Notes: generated by a model not told the origin, from the sequence alone. A stretch of 64,000 nt of DNA from Acidimicrobiia bacterium (GCA_965215185.1 OZ244034.1:2720001-2784000), one strand, 5' to 3'; numbered from the stretch's first letter, positions 9,441 through 20,692 are shown. A program made the numbers and translations.

Positions 9441-11188
9441 TATTTCACCGGGCTCGCTTCGGCGAGGAGTTGGCGATAGCGGGGTACGTTGTCCCACAAC
9501 TGCTGGTGTTCGCCCATCGCCAGCACCTTTCCTCCCTCCACAATGATGATCCGGTCGGCCAGCAGGAGGGTCGAGGTGCGATGAGCGATCACGATGGTGG
9601 TTCGTCCCTTCATGTTCTCCACCAGTTCGGCATGGATGCGCGCCTCGGTGATGGCGTCCACCGCCGAGGTGGCGTCATCCAGAATGAGTACGCGCGGATT
9701 TCCCACGATCGCCCTGGCCAGGGCCAAACGCTGGCGTTGGCCTCCCGACAGGCTCATCCCTCTTTCTCCTACTACCGTCTCATATCCGTAGGGGAGTTCT
9801 TGGATGAACTCGTGGGCGTCGGCAATCCGGGCGGCCGCCACAATCTGGGAGAGTTCGGCGTCGGGCGCCCCGAATCCGATGTTCTCAGCGACGGTGGCCG
9901 AAAACAGAAACGGTTCTTCAAAGGCCACTGCCACCTCCCGACGCAAGTCGGTTAGATCCAGTTGGCGGACATCCGTTCCGTCGATGGAGATGGTCCCGGC
10001 TTGCGGATCATAGAATCGCGGAATCAGCTGTGTCAGAGTGGTCTTGCCACAGCCTGTGGCGCCGAACAGGGCCACACTGCTCCCCGCCGGGATATGCAAG
10101 TCCAAGCCTTGAAGCACATCTGTGTCTTCGTAGGCGAAGGTGACGCCTTGGAACCGGACCTCTCCTCCCCCCGGTTGCAACCGACGAGGGTTCTCGGGAG
10201 CGGCAACTGAAACCGGGGCTCTCAGCAACTCCACCACCCGGGCCGCCGCCGCCGAAGAGCGAGGGAGTTCGGCGAAGAACCACCCGGTCATGCGGATGGG
10301 GAAGGACAGCACCACCAGGTACTGGGTGAACGCCACCAGATCTCCGATGGTCATCTCGCCCCTCGCCACCCTGGTACCCCCCAACCACAACGCGCACAGA
10401 GTGATAAGGGTGGGGATCAGTTCGAACCAGGGCAGATAGACCGAGCGAAACCGGGCTAGGCCCAGCGACTTGGTGAAGATGTCCGTCGCCACCCCTCTTG
10501 CCCTCCGAGCCTCCCTGGCCTCTTGTCCAAACGCTTTGGTCACCGCAATGCCCGATATCCCCTCCTGTGCCATTCTGCTCATCTCGGCCAGGTTCTGTTG
10601 CACCTGAAAAGAGATGCCGGTGGTCCGCTGTGCGTACAACACCGCGAAACCCACCATCACCGGGAGAGTGAAAGCCGCCAGCAATCCCATCACCGGGTCG
10701 AGCACGAAAGCCATTATTCCCACCATGGTGACGGTGATGATGTTTGCCAAAGTGATGGGCAGCATCATGTACACCAACCGCACTTGGGTGAGGTCGGTCG
10801 AGGCCCGAGCCATCAACTCTCCTGCCGAGGCATGGTCGTGGTAGTCGAAACCGAGCTTTTGGATGGCCGAAAAGATCTGGGCCCGCAGGTCGACTTCGAA
10901 ACGGTAGGCCAGCCCGAATGCGTTCCAACGCCGCCACGCGATGCTGGCGGCCCTCATCACTCCGGCGAGCAACACAGCCAGCACCAAGGGCAAGAGCAAA
11001 TTGGGCTGATTGCCCTCTATGGCGTTGTCCACCACCAGTTTCTGCAGGTAGGGGGTGAGCACGGTGACCGCCATCCAACAGAGCGCTCCCAATATGGAGA
11101 TCACCATCAGCCGCGGGTAACGCAGCATCCCGGTGGAGATCAATCGCAGCCCCACCCAAAGATCTGACCAATCTTTCTGTGAACTCAT
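9440..11188 (-). CDS. ABC exporter, fused permease/ATPase (heterodimer partner 1, degenerate Walker B)
   Basis: [21 protein letters not shown]. Confidence 0.93.
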   Translation of the reverse strand: MSSQKDWSDLWVGLRLISTGMLRYPRLMVISILGALCWMAVTVLTPYLQKLVVDNAIEGNQPNLLLPLVLAVLLAGVMRAASIAWRRWNAFGLAYRFEVDLRAQIFSAIQKLGFDYHDHASAGELMARASTDLTQVRLVYMMLPITLANIITVTMVGIMAFVLDPVMGLLAAFTLPVMVGFAVLYAQRTTGISFQVQQNLAEMSRMAQEGISGIAVTKAFGQEAREARRARGVATDIFTKSLGLARFRSVYLPWFELIPTLITLCALWLGGTRVARGEMTIGDLVAFTQYLVVLSFPIRMTGWFFAELPRSSAAAARVVELLRAPVSVAAPENPRRLQPGGGEVRFQGVTFAYEDTDVLQGLDLHIPAGSSVALFGATGCGKTTLTQLIPRFYDPQAGTISIDGTDVRQLDLTDLRREVAVAFEEPFLFSATVAENIGFGAPDAELSQIVAAARIADAHEFIQELPYGYETVVGERGMSLSGGQRQRLALARAIVGNPRVLILDDATSAVDAITEARIHAELVENMKGRTTIVIAHRTSTLLLADRIIIVEGGKVLAMGEHQQLWDNVPRYRQLLAEASPVK

Positions 11189-11264
11189 CAGCTTGGAGGG
11201 TAATGGGCGGCGCCGCGGTTTGGTTAAGCGGTGGGCAGCGCCGCCTGTTGATGGGTGTTGTTTT

Positions 11265-13847
11265 TCAGGAGGCCAGGCGGAAAGTCACCTCGTTGTCTTT
11301 GGCGTATGCCTCTATCACCGAGTCCGGCGGCCATTCGGACTCCAACAACCTGATAGCCAGTGGATCGGAAAGACGCCGCTGGATCACTCGCTTGAGCGGA
11401 CGGGCGCCGTACGCGGGGTCGTAACCCTCCTCGGTCAGGAGGTCTTTGACCTCGTCGGAGACCTGGAGTCCGAGGCGGCGCACTGCCAGCCGTCGCCGGA
11501 GGTGATCCAACTGCAGTTCGACAATCTTGGTCAGATCCGTTCGGCTGAGGTGCCCAAACACCACTATGTCGTCCACTCGATTGAGGAACTCAGGGCGAAA
11601 GTGCCTGCGCACTGCCTGCATTATTCGACTTTCGATGATTTCTCGTCCCAGGCCGGGGTCGATCAACTCCGATCCAAGGTTGGAGGTCATGATCAGGACC
11701 GAGTTGGTGAAGTCGACTGTGCGGCCCTGGCCGTCGGTGAGCCGACCGTCGTCTAATAGCTGGAGCAGGGTGTTGAAAATCTCAGGATGGGCCTTTTCCA
11801 CCTCATCCAGCAGAATCACCGTGTAGGGGCGCCTGCGCACCAACTCGGTGAGCTGTCCACCCTGGTCGTATCCGACGTACCCGGGCGGAGCTCCGATCAA
11901 ACGACTGACGGAATGCTTCTCGGAATACTCGGACATGTCGATCCGCACCATGGCCCGCTCGTCGTCGAAGAGAAAGTCCGCCAGGGTCCGGGCCAGTTCG
12001 GTCTTGCCGACGCCGGTGGGACCCAGAAACAAAAAGGAACCGATCGGACGGTTGGGGTCGGAGAGACCGGAACGGCTGCGGCGGAGGGCATTGGAGATGG
12101 CCTGCACTGCCTGGTGCTGACCGACCACCCTGGTATGGAGGTGAGTCTCCAGGTTGAGGAGCTTGGTTACCTCGCCTTCCAGCATCCGCGCCACCGGCAC
12201 CCCCGTCCAGTGTGAGACCACCTCGGCGATGTCCTCTCCCGTCACCTCTTCCGAGAGCATCCTCCCGGTCGCCGCCAGCTTTTCGAGATCTTTCTCTTTG
12301 TCCTTCAGGTCTTTCTCCAGGCCCACCAGTATCCCGTAGCGCAGTTCGGCCGCCCGATGAAGATCGCCCCGACGTTCGGCCATCTCCGCTTCGGCCCTTG
12401 CCTCTTCAATCTGTTCCCGGATGCTGTGGACGGAAGCGATCGCCTCCTTCTCCTGCTGCCAGCGGGCGGTCAGGCCGCTCAGGGTCTCCCGGATGTCGGC
12501 CAGCTTCCGTTCAAGTTCGGTGAGCCGAGTGAGGGCCGTCTTGTCCGACTCCATCCGGAGGGCCTCCCGCTCGATCTCCAGTCGAGTGACCACCCGGGTG
12601 AGCTTGTCGATCTCCTCGGGCATCGAGTCGATTTCGATCCGAAGCCGGGAGGCGGCCTCGTCGATGAGGTCGATGGCTTTGTCGGGAAGATGACGCCCGG
12701 TTATGTAGCGGTCCGAGAGAGTGGCCGCCGCCACCAGTGCCGAATCGGTGATGCGCACCCCGTGGTGCACCTCATAGCGTTCCTTCAGTCCACGCAGGAT
12801 GGCCACCGCGTCGGTGACCGAGGGAGCGGATACCCAGATCGGTTGAAACCGCCGTTCCAGGGCGGCGTCCTTTTCGATGTGTTGGCGGTGCTCGTCGGTG
12901 GTGGTGGCGCCGATCATGTGGAGTTCGCCTCGCGCCAGCATCGGCTTGAGGAGATTGGAGGCGTTCATGGCCCCTTCGGCGGCGCCAGCGCCAACGATGG
13001 TATGCATCTCGTCGATGAAGGTGATGATCTCCCCGTTGGAGGCGCTGATCTCCGTCAGCACCGCTTTCAGACGCTCTTCGAACTCTCCCCGGTACTTGGC
13101 GCCTGCCACCATCGCCCCCATGTCCAAGGCAATGATGCGTTTGGTCCTGAGACCTTCGGGAACGTCACCGTCGGCTATCCGTCGGGCCAATCCTTCCACG
13201 ATGGCAGTCTTGCCCACTCCCGGGTCTCCGATCAGAACCGGGTTGTTCTTGGTTCGGCGAGACAGAACTTGGATCACCCGCCGGATTTCATCGTCTCGGC
13301 CGATCACCGGGTCGAGCTTTTGCCGGTTTGCCAAGGCAGTGAGGTCACGTCCGAAACGCTCCAGAGCTCCGAATGTGGCATCCGGGTCGGGGCTGGTTAT
13401 ACGGTGGGCTCCCCGCAGTTTGGCCAGGGCCTCGAGAACCTTCTGCCGATTGATACCGTGACTGCGCAGCAGGTCTCCCACTGCACTCTTTTCCTCCATC
13501 ATGGCCAGCAGCAGGTGCTCCACTGACAAATAGTCATCTTTGAACTCGGCTCGAACGTGGTCGGCCTTCTTCAAGGTCTTGGAGAGTTCCCTGCTCGGAG
13601 TAGGGCCGGTTCCGCCATAAGCACTGGGAAGCGCGTCCAGTAACTGTTCTGCGTCGGCTTTGAGCATGGCGGGCTGTGCCCCGACCGCATCCACCAAAGG
13701 CAGCATCAAACCCTCGGCCTGGTTCAACAAGGCGGCCAGCAAATGTGACGGAGTGATCTCGGGATGCCGCCGTTGGCGGGCAACCGACTCCGCGTCGGCT
13801 ATCGCTTGGCGGCTCTTGGCGGTGAGACGGTCGAACATCTCAGACAT
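11265..13847 (-). CDS. clpB: ATP-dependent chaperone ClpB
   Basis: Two AAA+ modules ([16 protein letters not shown]), long M-domain coiled coil, GAPPGYVGY. Start at 13847 or 13838. Confidence 0.97.
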   Translation of the reverse strand: MSEMFDRLTAKSRQAIADAESVARQRRHPEITPSHLLAALLNQAEGLMLPLVDAVGAQPAMLKADAEQLLDALPSAYGGTGPTPSRELSKTLKKADHVRAEFKDDYLSVEHLLLAMMEEKSAVGDLLRSHGINRQKVLEALAKLRGAHRITSPDPDATFGALERFGRDLTALANRQKLDPVIGRDDEIRRVIQVLSRRTKNNPVLIGDPGVGKTAIVEGLARRIADGDVPEGLRTKRIIALDMGAMVAGAKYRGEFEERLKAVLTEISASNGEIITFIDEMHTIVGAGAAEGAMNASNLLKPMLARGELHMIGATTTDEHRQHIEKDAALERRFQPIWVSAPSVTDAVAILRGLKERYEVHHGVRITDSALVAAATLSDRYITGRHLPDKAIDLIDEAASRLRIEIDSMPEEIDKLTRVVTRLEIEREALRMESDKTALTRLTELERKLADIRETLSGLTARWQQEKEAIASVHSIREQIEEARAEAEMAERRGDLHRAAELRYGILVGLEKDLKDKEKDLEKLAATGRMLSEEVTGEDIAEVVSHWTGVPVARMLEGEVTKLLNLETHLHTRVVGQHQAVQAISNALRRSRSGLSDPNRPIGSFLFLGPTGVGKTELARTLADFLFDDERAMVRIDMSEYSEKHSVSRLIGAPPGYVGYDQGGQLTELVRRRPYTVILLDEVEKAHPEIFNTLLQLLDDGRLTDGQGRTVDFTNSVLIMTSNLGSELIDPGLGREIIESRIMQAVRRHFRPEFLNRVDDIVVFGHLSRTDLTKIVELQLDHLRRRLAVRRLGLQVSDEVKDLLTEEGYDPAYGARPLKRVIQRRLSDPLAIRLLESEWPPDSVIEAYAKDNEVTFRLAS

Positions 13848-13878
13848 CTGGCATTTATCCCTTTCGCTATAAGAAAAT

Positions 13879-13899
13879 CTTAGTGTATTAATATCAACT
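13879..13899 (-). promoter_or_regulatory. Degenerate HAIR-like (HspR) operator or promoter upstream of clpB
   Basis: AT-rich AGTTGATATTAATACACTAAG partly matches TTGAGY-N7-ACTCAA. clpB is an HspR target in actinobacteria. The match is weak. Confidence 0.3.
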
Positions 13900-14036
13900 A
13901 TGGAAAGGAGTGGAGTTATTCCCGTGGCTGTGGTTGGCGGCCAATAGGAGATCGGACACCAAACCGCCAAACGCAACGGCAGTTGGATGACTCAACCATT
14001 AGGAAGGACTCAGGGCAGCCCTCTCGTCTATGAGCT

Positions 14037-14792
14037 TCAGATACCTCGCACCGGAGGACGGGCGGCCCTCGACAAGAACTCGGCCATCCAGTCTCGTAGG
14101 AGGGGGGAGTCGGGAGTGTTTTCCAGGGAAATCAAACCGGAATCTGCGGTCTCTTCGGGGATGCGACCCCCCCGACGTGATTCGATTAAGGCTCTTATGT
14201 AGAGGAGGGGGATTTCGGGGTGGCCGCCTATGCCCAGGAAGTGGTCGCCGGTGGTGAACATAGAAACGGGGCAGTGATCGGTTGACGCCAACACCTGAGA
14301 GTCGGGTGGCAGCTTGGTGATCTGGTCCTGATAGCTGACCACCGTGTAGTAGGAGTCTCGGCGGGGGACCATCCACTCCGCTTGCTCGGTGACTTCGGTA
14401 TCCGCCACTCCCACATCCCAGCCTGCAGCCTGGACGGTCACCTCCCCCTCCAAGGCGTGGGCGATCATCTGGGATCCGAAACACACTCCCACGTGCGGGG
14501 ACCTCTGCTCATACAGGCGGCGCACAAACCCGGCCAGCCACCGGATCCACGGTTCTTCATCCGATACCGACCATTTGGAGCCGGTGGAGATCCAGCCGTC
14601 GCATTCGGCCGGATCGTCAGGGTATTCACCGCTGAGCAGGTCGTAGGGTTGTAACTCGATTTCCGGCCGCCCTGCGAAAAGAGCGATGAACATGTCCTGA
14701 TAGCTTCCGGCTATCGGGAGTAGTTCGGGCAGGACGCAGTCGCACACCAACAATCCGATCCGCAACGGTGAGGGCCGGTGCTCGGAGGGCAT
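14037..14792 (-). CDS. Class I glutamine amidotransferase-like protein
   Basis: GVCFGSQ nucleophile elbow and GHPE triad motif. Confidence 0.9.
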   Translation of the reverse strand: MPSEHRPSPLRIGLLVCDCVLPELLPIAGSYQDMFIALFAGRPEIELQPYDLLSGEYPDDPAECDGWISTGSKWSVSDEEPWIRWLAGFVRRLYEQRSPHVGVCFGSQMIAHALEGEVTVQAAGWDVGVADTEVTEQAEWMVPRRDSYYTVVSYQDQITKLPPDSQVLASTDHCPVSMFTTGDHFLGIGGHPEIPLLYIRALIESRRGGRIPEETADSGLISLENTPDSPLLRDWMAEFLSRAARPPVRGI

Positions 14793-14801
14793 GTTTGGCG
14801 T

Positions 14802-15674
14802 TCAGCTCGGCGGAGGATCGGGTTGGTGGAAGCGGTCTCCCAAACTCTCGGGAAACCACAGCACCCGTTGTGGGAAGGGAATCTCGATACCGGCTGCGTC
14901 CAAGGCTTTCTTCATGGCTCGTCCCGCCCTGTCTCTTACCGCCCACAGGGATTTGCGATCGGCCGGATGCCAGTACCGCACGTGGAAGTCGATGGAGGAA
15001 TTGTTGAACTCCACGAACTCCACAGTCGGAGGGGGATCCAACACCCCGGGAACCTGGCTGATCGCCTCCTTTAACACCCGTTGCGCCTCGTCCAAGTCGG
15101 TGCGGTACGCCACTCCCACTACCAGAGTCGTTCGACGGTGGGGGGTCTCGGTGAAGTTGACCAATGGACTCTTCCACACCATGGCATTGGGTATGTAGAC
15201 GCGGTCACCGTCGAAGGTGTCCAAAGCGACGGCGCGCAGGCTCATGTCGTCCACTATTCCCTGATGTCCGTTGGACAACATCTCGTCACCCACCTTGATC
15301 GGCCGGCGCATCAGCATCAGCACCCCGGCGATGAAGTTCTCCAAGATGTCCTGGAAAGCGAAGGCAATGGCCAACCCGGCTAGACCCAGGGCGCCGATCA
15401 GCGGGCCGACTTGCAAGTGAAGGATGGTCAGGGAGAAGTACAACCCCAGGACCACCGCCAGATAGACGACCGTTTTGCCCAGAACGATGATGGCGAATGG
15501 GGTCACGGGGGTGCGCTTCAACCCTCTGACCAGCGCCCGTCGCACCAGCCGCCCGATGATGAGCGCCGCCACTATCACCAATACCGCCTGGCCCCATTCG
15601 AGCCATCCGATTTGGTCCAGCAGTTCGGTTACGTCCTCAGGCTGCTCTTCTTGAGCCAGAATCGTGAGGTTCAT
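14802..15674 (-). CDS. mscS: Small-conductance mechanosensitive channel
   Basis: GLAIAFAFQDILENFIAG...RPIKVGD, IPN, IEIPFPQR. Confidence 0.93.
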   Translation of the reverse strand: MNLTILAQEEQPEDVTELLDQIGWLEWGQAVLVIVAALIIGRLVRRALVRGLKRTPVTPFAIIVLGKTVVYLAVVLGLYFSLTILHLQVGPLIGALGLAGLAIAFAFQDILENFIAGVLMLMRRPIKVGDEMLSNGHQGIVDDMSLRAVALDTFDGDRVYIPNAMVWKSPLVNFTETPHRRTTLVVGVAYRTDLDEAQRVLKEAISQVPGVLDPPPTVEFVEFNNSSIDFHVRYWHPADRKSLWAVRDRAGRAMKKALDAAGIEIPFPQRVLWFPESLGDRFHQPDPPPS

Positions 15675-15741
15675 GATTGTTTAGGTTAAGGCAATACAGA
15701 GAACATATGAGGTCAACCTGGGATTCGCAGCTTGCCCACGT

Positions 15742-16206
15742 CTATTCGGACTGGCAAGCGCTGAGGGCGGTGGGATCCTTGAAGACGCCATTGGCGTACT
15801 GGATTTCTCGCACAAAGCAGACAATCTTGTCCACATCCTCCTCCGACACTCCGCTGACCGGGTCCATGTCGCCGAATCCCCAATGGTGCTGTTTAACTCC
15901 CTGTCGCACCGCCAAGTGGAAACTGAAGTCACCGTGATGTCCCGGTTCGTAGATCCTGTCTAACCCCAGGGGTGGACCTTGCGAGGACCCCGCCGCGTAG
16001 GCACCATGGCATTCTGAACAATTGGCGTTGAACAGAGTTTCCCCCAGGCGACCTGTGTCGGACAACACCGGGACATTCACTGAGGCAGGTTCAGAACCGT
16101 TCGATTCGGTGGCTGAATACTCTCCTCCGTCTTCCTGCCCACATCCGATTGCCAGGAGTAGGGTGAAGGCCAGGCTGGCGACTAGGCGCGGTCTGCATCT
16201 ACTCAC
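15742..16206 (-). CDS. Monoheme cytochrome c lipoprotein
   Basis: Lipobox LAIGC, CSECH, IYEPGHHGD..F..AV..GVKQHHWGFGDM. GTG start at 16206. Confidence 0.85.
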   Translation of the reverse strand: MSRCRPRLVASLAFTLLLAIGCGQEDGGEYSATESNGSEPASVNVPVLSDTGRLGETLFNANCSECHGAYAAGSSQGPPLGLDRIYEPGHHGDFSFHLAVRQGVKQHHWGFGDMDPVSGVSEEDVDKIVCFVREIQYANGVFKDPTALSACQSE

Positions 16207-16339
16207 CACCGATTGCCTGTTGTTGACGTCGGAGTCGAATCTGCTCAGCTCGCTGCTTGAAGTATTTGACCAGACCGAAAACGACCAACACAATCCCGAT
16301 CCCTATGGAAATGATACTTAATTGGCTGGCCAGATCCAT
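16199..16339 (-). CDS. Small single-TM protein (46 aa)
   Basis: MDLASQLSIISIGIGIVLVVFGLVKYFKQRAEQIRLRRQQQAIGGE. AAAAGGA upstream; stop overlaps the cytochrome c start. Confidence 0.65.
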   Translation of the reverse strand: MDLASQLSIISIGIGIVLVVFGLVKYFKQRAEQIRLRRQQQAIGGE

Positions 16340-16399
16340 CCCGGGAGTCCTTTTGCGGTGGGCAGTTTGGATCAAGTCTATGCAGATCTGTCGGACTGG

Positions 16400-17431
16400 T
16401 CACTGGAGGTCTGCCACAACCTCCGAGAACCCCGGCCCCGACGGACTTTCCAACTGATCCATAGTGCAGTCCCGGGCCGGCTTGTCGGGCCGCCATCTAT
16501 GAAAGCGGGTGGCGTGACGGAATCGGTCGTTTTGCAGTTGGTCGTAACTGATCTCCACCACCACCCCCGGTAGGACCGGTGTCCACTGAGCGCTCTCGGC
16601 GGTCGACCAGCGGCTCATGCTGCCCGGAGCCCTGGCTTTTTGATCGAAAGACTCAGGCGTGCGGAGGCTTTCGAACATGGTGAGCATCTGCGCCCGGTCA
16701 GCATCGGGGAAACCTGAGCAGTGTCCTATGAAGTGCAGCGCCCCTTCGCAGTTGTATAGCCCCAATAGCAGCGACCCGATCTTGTCGCCGTCCTTGTGGA
16801 CCCGGTATCCCCCCACCACGCAATCCACATGGCGACGGTGCTTGATTTTGATCATCCTTCTTTTGCCGCTGATGTATCCCTCATCGAGCCGTTTGGCCAC
16901 CACGCCGTCGCATCCCGCCGCCTCGTACTCATGGAACCAGCGTTGGGCGACCAATAGGTCGGTGGTGGTGGGGGTCAGGTTCCATGGCGCTGACAGTTGG
17001 TTCGCCACCTGCACCAAGCGTTTCCGGCGGGTGGAGAAGGGCTGATCTCTCAGGTCTTCCCCTTGAGCGGCAAGAAGGTCAAAGGCGACCAGTTGGGCCG
17101 GGACCTCCTCAGAAAGACGGGTGATACGGCTCTTGGCGGGATGGATTCTCATCTGGAGAGCGTCGAAATGGGTCAGGTTGTCGTAGACGACCACCACTTC
17201 CCCATCCACCACCGTTCCCGGTGGAAGTTGCTGCAAGGCCGGGTGGAGTTCGGGAAAATAGCGCAGCAGGGGGCGTTGGTTGCGGGAGTCGAGCCGTGGT
17301 TCGGGGCCGCTCCAAGCCAGGACCCGGAACCCGTCCCATTTGGGCTCGTAAGCAAATGCTCCCCTCGGCCATCGCTCCGACACGCGCGCCTCCATGGTGG
17401 CCAGCGGAGGGGGAAAAGGCCATGATTTCAT
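16400..17431 (-). CDS. ligC: ATP-dependent DNA ligase, LigC-type
   Basis: EPKWDGFR motif I, DGEVV, AFDLL, DGVVAK, KIKHRR, RFRH...RWRPDK. Confidence 0.9.
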   Translation of the reverse strand: MKSWPFPPPLATMEARVSERWPRGAFAYEPKWDGFRVLAWSGPEPRLDSRNQRPLLRYFPELHPALQQLPPGTVVDGEVVVVYDNLTHFDALQMRIHPAKSRITRLSEEVPAQLVAFDLLAAQGEDLRDQPFSTRRKRLVQVANQLSAPWNLTPTTTDLLVAQRWFHEYEAAGCDGVVAKRLDEGYISGKRRMIKIKHRRHVDCVVGGYRVHKDGDKIGSLLLGLYNCEGALHFIGHCSGFPDADRAQMLTMFESLRTPESFDQKARAPGSMSRWSTAESAQWTPVLPGVVVEISYDQLQNDRFRHATRFHRWRPDKPARDCTMDQLESPSGPGFSEVVADLQ

Positions 17432-17491
17432 CCCGGGGAGGTTATACCCGAGACCGGCGCCTGCTCAAAGAGCGGGTGCGGATCATCCCAC

Positions 17492-17713
17492 CTAGGAAAA
17501 CAGGGAGGCGACACTCCAGATGATCATCAACATTCCCGCCATGATCAGAAACACCGCCCGCCGGGGTCGAAAGTCGCCGCGCTGGCCGGGAGAAGGCCGA
17601 CCCCTCATATTCCGGAGGGCTGCCCAACCGTTGCCAGCCACCAAAGCCAACCCGATGGCTAGGATCATCTGTGTAACCAGGACATCCAATCCAAGGATTT
17701 CCGCCATGATCAT
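17492..17713 (-). CDS. Small two-TM membrane protein
   Basis: Two hydrophobic helices; GGAGA upstream. Confidence 0.7.
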   Translation of the reverse strand: MIMAEILGLDVLVTQMILAIGLALVAGNGWAALRNMRGRPSPGQRGDFRPRRAVFLIMAGMLMIIWSVASLFS

Positions 17714-17768
17714 TCTCCATCAACTCGGTTTCCCCCAATGATGGCAGGCCTACAGGAGGTTTAGTGAA

Positions 17769-18548
17769 ATGGCCCGTCCGGCACAGATTTTGAGGGTGTT
17801 CACCGACGGTGAACAGGGTGGCAACCATTTGGGGGTGGTGGCCGACACCGTCAGCCTGGATGATGATCGCATGCAGGCTATTGCTACGAAACTTGGGTTC
17901 AGCGAGACGGTGTTCATCGACTGGCAGATGGGAGGGATGCCCAATGTCCGCATTTTCACTCCCGTATCGGAATTGCCTTTCGCCGGGCATCCTCTGGTGG
18001 GCGCGGCCTGGCTTTTGCTGCGCCTCGGTCCGGGAGGCGTAAGAAAAGTGAGATGCGGAGTGGGAGAGGTCAAGATCGGCGCCGAAGGGGACCTGGTGTG
18101 GATCGAGCCTCCCTTTCAGCAGCCGGTCCGAACTCAAGAAGACCTACCACCGCTCGATTGGTGTTCTCCGGCCCGGGCATGGGAGGTGGAAATGCCACTC
18201 TCCTATTTGGTGTGGCAGATGGAAACTCCCGAACAAATCGGCAGACTCGGATCGCCACCTGCCGATTTGGGGATGACATTGGTGTGGGCGTGGGAATCCC
18301 CACCGGACCGTGTGAAGGCTCGCTTCTTCGCTCCGGGCATGGGGGTGGTGGAAGATCCGGCTACCGGCAGCGCTGCGGTGGCCTTGGCCGCGGTTCTCCG
18401 CTCTGAGGGCATGACGTCGGGGAGAGTGCAGATTTCCCAGGGCAGGGAGCTTGGTTGGCCGTCGCTGATCAATTTGACCTGGGAGGGTGACCGATGTCGG
18501 GTGGGTGGAACGGTTGTCAGGGATGAGATTCGCGAGATGGTTTGGTGA
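17769..18548 (+). CDS. PhzF family isomerase
   Basis: GGNHLGVV, FSETVF, ELPFAGHP, EDPATGSA. Confidence 0.92.
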   Translation: MARPAQILRVFTDGEQGGNHLGVVADTVSLDDDRMQAIATKLGFSETVFIDWQMGGMPNVRIFTPVSELPFAGHPLVGAAWLLLRLGPGGVRKVRCGVGEVKIGAEGDLVWIEPPFQQPVRTQEDLPPLDWCSPARAWEVEMPLSYLVWQMETPEQIGRLGSPPADLGMTLVWAWESPPDRVKARFFAPGMGVVEDPATGSAAVALAAVLRSEGMTSGRVQISQGRELGWPSLINLTWEGDRCRVGGTVVRDEIREMVW

Positions 18549-18609
18549 GGCACTCTTCGAAAGTGGCCGCCTATGGCGTTATTCCCTAAGCGACGTAAAC
18601 TTTCCGTCT

Positions 18610-19524
18610 ATGGCTAGCGGAGGATCACGGCTGGCGGTTATCGCCGCGTTGGTGGCGAATTTCACCATCGCGGTTGGCAAACTCGTTGCCTTTCTTGTGA
18701 CCGGCTCGGCCGCCATGCTGGCCGAGAGCATTCACTCAGTGGCAGACTCCTCCAATCAGGGCATGCTTTTGTACGGATCGCGAGCGGCCCGACAGCCCGC
18801 TGACATGAGCCATCCCTTCGGCCGGGGGAAAGAGATCTATTTCTGGAGCTTCCTGGTGGCGGTGATGTTGTTCTTCGGTGGAGGCGTCTGGGCCTTCCTA
18901 CACGGGTGGGAGGCCATGAGCCATCCGGAGCAGCTTGGTGACCTTACGCTCAGCTTCGTCGTTTTGGGAGTGGCTTTGGTGTTGGAAAGCCTCAGCTTAG
19001 GGGTGGCGTTCCGAGAGTTCAATCGCCACCGGGGCAATGCTTCGATGTACCGGGCAGTGCGGGATTCGAAGGATTCCACTTTGATCGTGATTCTGTTGGA
19101 AGACACAGCCGCCATGTTGGGACTCATCATTGCCCTGGCCGGAACCACAATGGCATGGGTAACCGGAGATTCTCGCTGGGACGGGGCAGCTTCGCTTCTC
19201 ATTGGTGTCATGCTGGCTGTGGTGGCGGTGCTGTTGGCGGCGGAGATCAAGGCGTTGCTGATTGGTGAAGCGGCCAGTCGACAGGAACGATCCACTATTC
19301 GGGCGACCCTTTTGGGGATGGACCAGGTGACAGGAGTAGCGCGGCTTCTCACCATGCATCTGGGGCCGGATGACCTGCTGGTGAATGTGGAGGTCGATTT
19401 TGTCGATTCGCTGTCCGCCACCGAGATTTCTGATGCCATCCGCCGAGCGGAGCATGCCATCAGAGAGAAAATCCCCGCCGCTGCAAACATATTCATAGAA
19501 CCTTATGAGCCCGATCATGGCTGA
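18610..19524 (+). CDS. Cation diffusion facilitator transporter
   Basis: GSAAMLAESIHSVAD, HPFGRGKE, LLEDTAA, MHLGP. Confidence 0.92.
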   Translation: MASGGSRLAVIAALVANFTIAVGKLVAFLVTGSAAMLAESIHSVADSSNQGMLLYGSRAARQPADMSHPFGRGKEIYFWSFLVAVMLFFGGGVWAFLHGWEAMSHPEQLGDLTLSFVVLGVALVLESLSLGVAFREFNRHRGNASMYRAVRDSKDSTLIVILLEDTAAMLGLIIALAGTTMAWVTGDSRWDGAASLLIGVMLAVVAVLLAAEIKALLIGEAASRQERSTIRATLLGMDQVTGVARLLTMHLGPDDLLVNVEVDFVDSLSATEISDAIRRAEHAIREKIPAAANIFIEPYEPDHG

Positions 19525-20368
19525 GGCGTCGGCGCCCGCTTCCTCGGCCAACCTGGGCCCGGGATTCGATTGTCTGGCGGTGGCGCTGGAAATCAGGTGT
19601 CGGGTGACGGCCAGGCGCAGCGACCGATGGAAGGTAGGGCATGTGGGCCGGCACCAACCACCGGCGGGATCCCCGGATGCGGTACTGGCTGGCGCCCGAG
19701 TTGCGGTGGGTCCGGAACATCCGCTCAACTTGGAGGTGGACAACCAAGTCCCAATAGGCAGCGGCCTGGGTTCATCCGCCGCTGCATATACCGCAGGAGC
19801 GGCGGCTGCCCTTCGATGTGTGGGCAGAGATGTCAATCTGCGTCATGTGTTCGAGATGGTGGCTGATTTTGAAGGGCACCCCGACAACGCCGCCGCGGCA
19901 GTTTTTGGTGGGTTGGTGCTGGTGGGAGCCGACAGTCGGGTACTCAAGCTGACTTTGAGCGATGCCCACGGTCTGCTGGTGTTGGTTCCCGCCATTCGGC
20001 TTTGGACAAAGGAATCGCGAAGCGTGGTTGGGGAGAGCTTTGCACGGGCCACGGTGATCAGAAGCCTGGCCAGGGTTTCTGCTCTGATGAGCGGTCTGAC
20101 GTCGGGAGATCCGAACCTGCTCAGATCTGCGTTGGGAGACGAGTTACATGAAAAAAGCCGAAGCCGGCTGCGGCCGCAAGTGGGGGAGTTCATCGAAGAG
20201 GCGCTGAGGGTGGGTGCGGTATACGCTGCCTGGTCGGGAAGCGGCCCTTCCGTTCTGGTATTAACCAAGTCGTCGCAGACCGGGCAGGTGGCGGCCGCTC
20301 TCGGGTCCTCTCTGGGAGATCGAGTCGACATAATCCGTCCCCAGGTGGCGGAGCGGGGCATAGTTTGA
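19517..20368 (+). CDS. thrB: Homoserine kinase
   Basis: PASSANLGPGFD, PIGSGLGSSAA, EGHPDN, SGSGPS. Confidence 0.93.
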   Translation: MAEASAPASSANLGPGFDCLAVALEIRCRVTARRSDRWKVGHVGRHQPPAGSPDAVLAGARVAVGPEHPLNLEVDNQVPIGSGLGSSAAAYTAGAAAALRCVGRDVNLRHVFEMVADFEGHPDNAAAAVFGGLVLVGADSRVLKLTLSDAHGLLVLVPAIRLWTKESRSVVGESFARATVIRSLARVSALMSGLTSGDPNLLRSALGDELHEKSRSRLRPQVGEFIEEALRVGAVYAAWSGSGPSVLVLTKSSQTGQVAAALGSSLGDRVDIIRPQVAERGIV

Positions 20369-20530
20369 TATGAACCACTCTCCTTCGGGCGGCGGTCTCC
20401 CGGCCGGATGTCGCTCAGGAAGACCCTTCTCCTGGTTTTCAGATGTGCGTGGAGGGTGCTATCCTTAAAGTGCTTTGTCGGCCAGGGTGGGTCGACAAAA
20501 CGTTCTATCGGTCAACGGGAAAGCCTATTT

Positions 20531-20623
20531 ATGGGTTCGCTTGTCAAAAAACGTCGCAGAAAAATGTCTAAGCACAAATATCGGAAGCGGCGCAAGGCTA
20601 ATCGTCATAAGAACAAGAAGTAA
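20531..20623 (+). CDS. 30S ribosomal protein bS22 (AURKAIP1/COX24 family)
   Basis: MGSLVKKRRRKMSKHKYRKRRKANRHKNKK. Confidence 0.92.
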   Translation: MGSLVKKRRRKMSKHKYRKRRKANRHKNKK

Positions 20624-20692
20624 TCGGCTTCGACCGAAAGGGCGACGTGACGATTCTTGAACTTGACGCTGTTGGTGGGTGGCATAGGGGCT

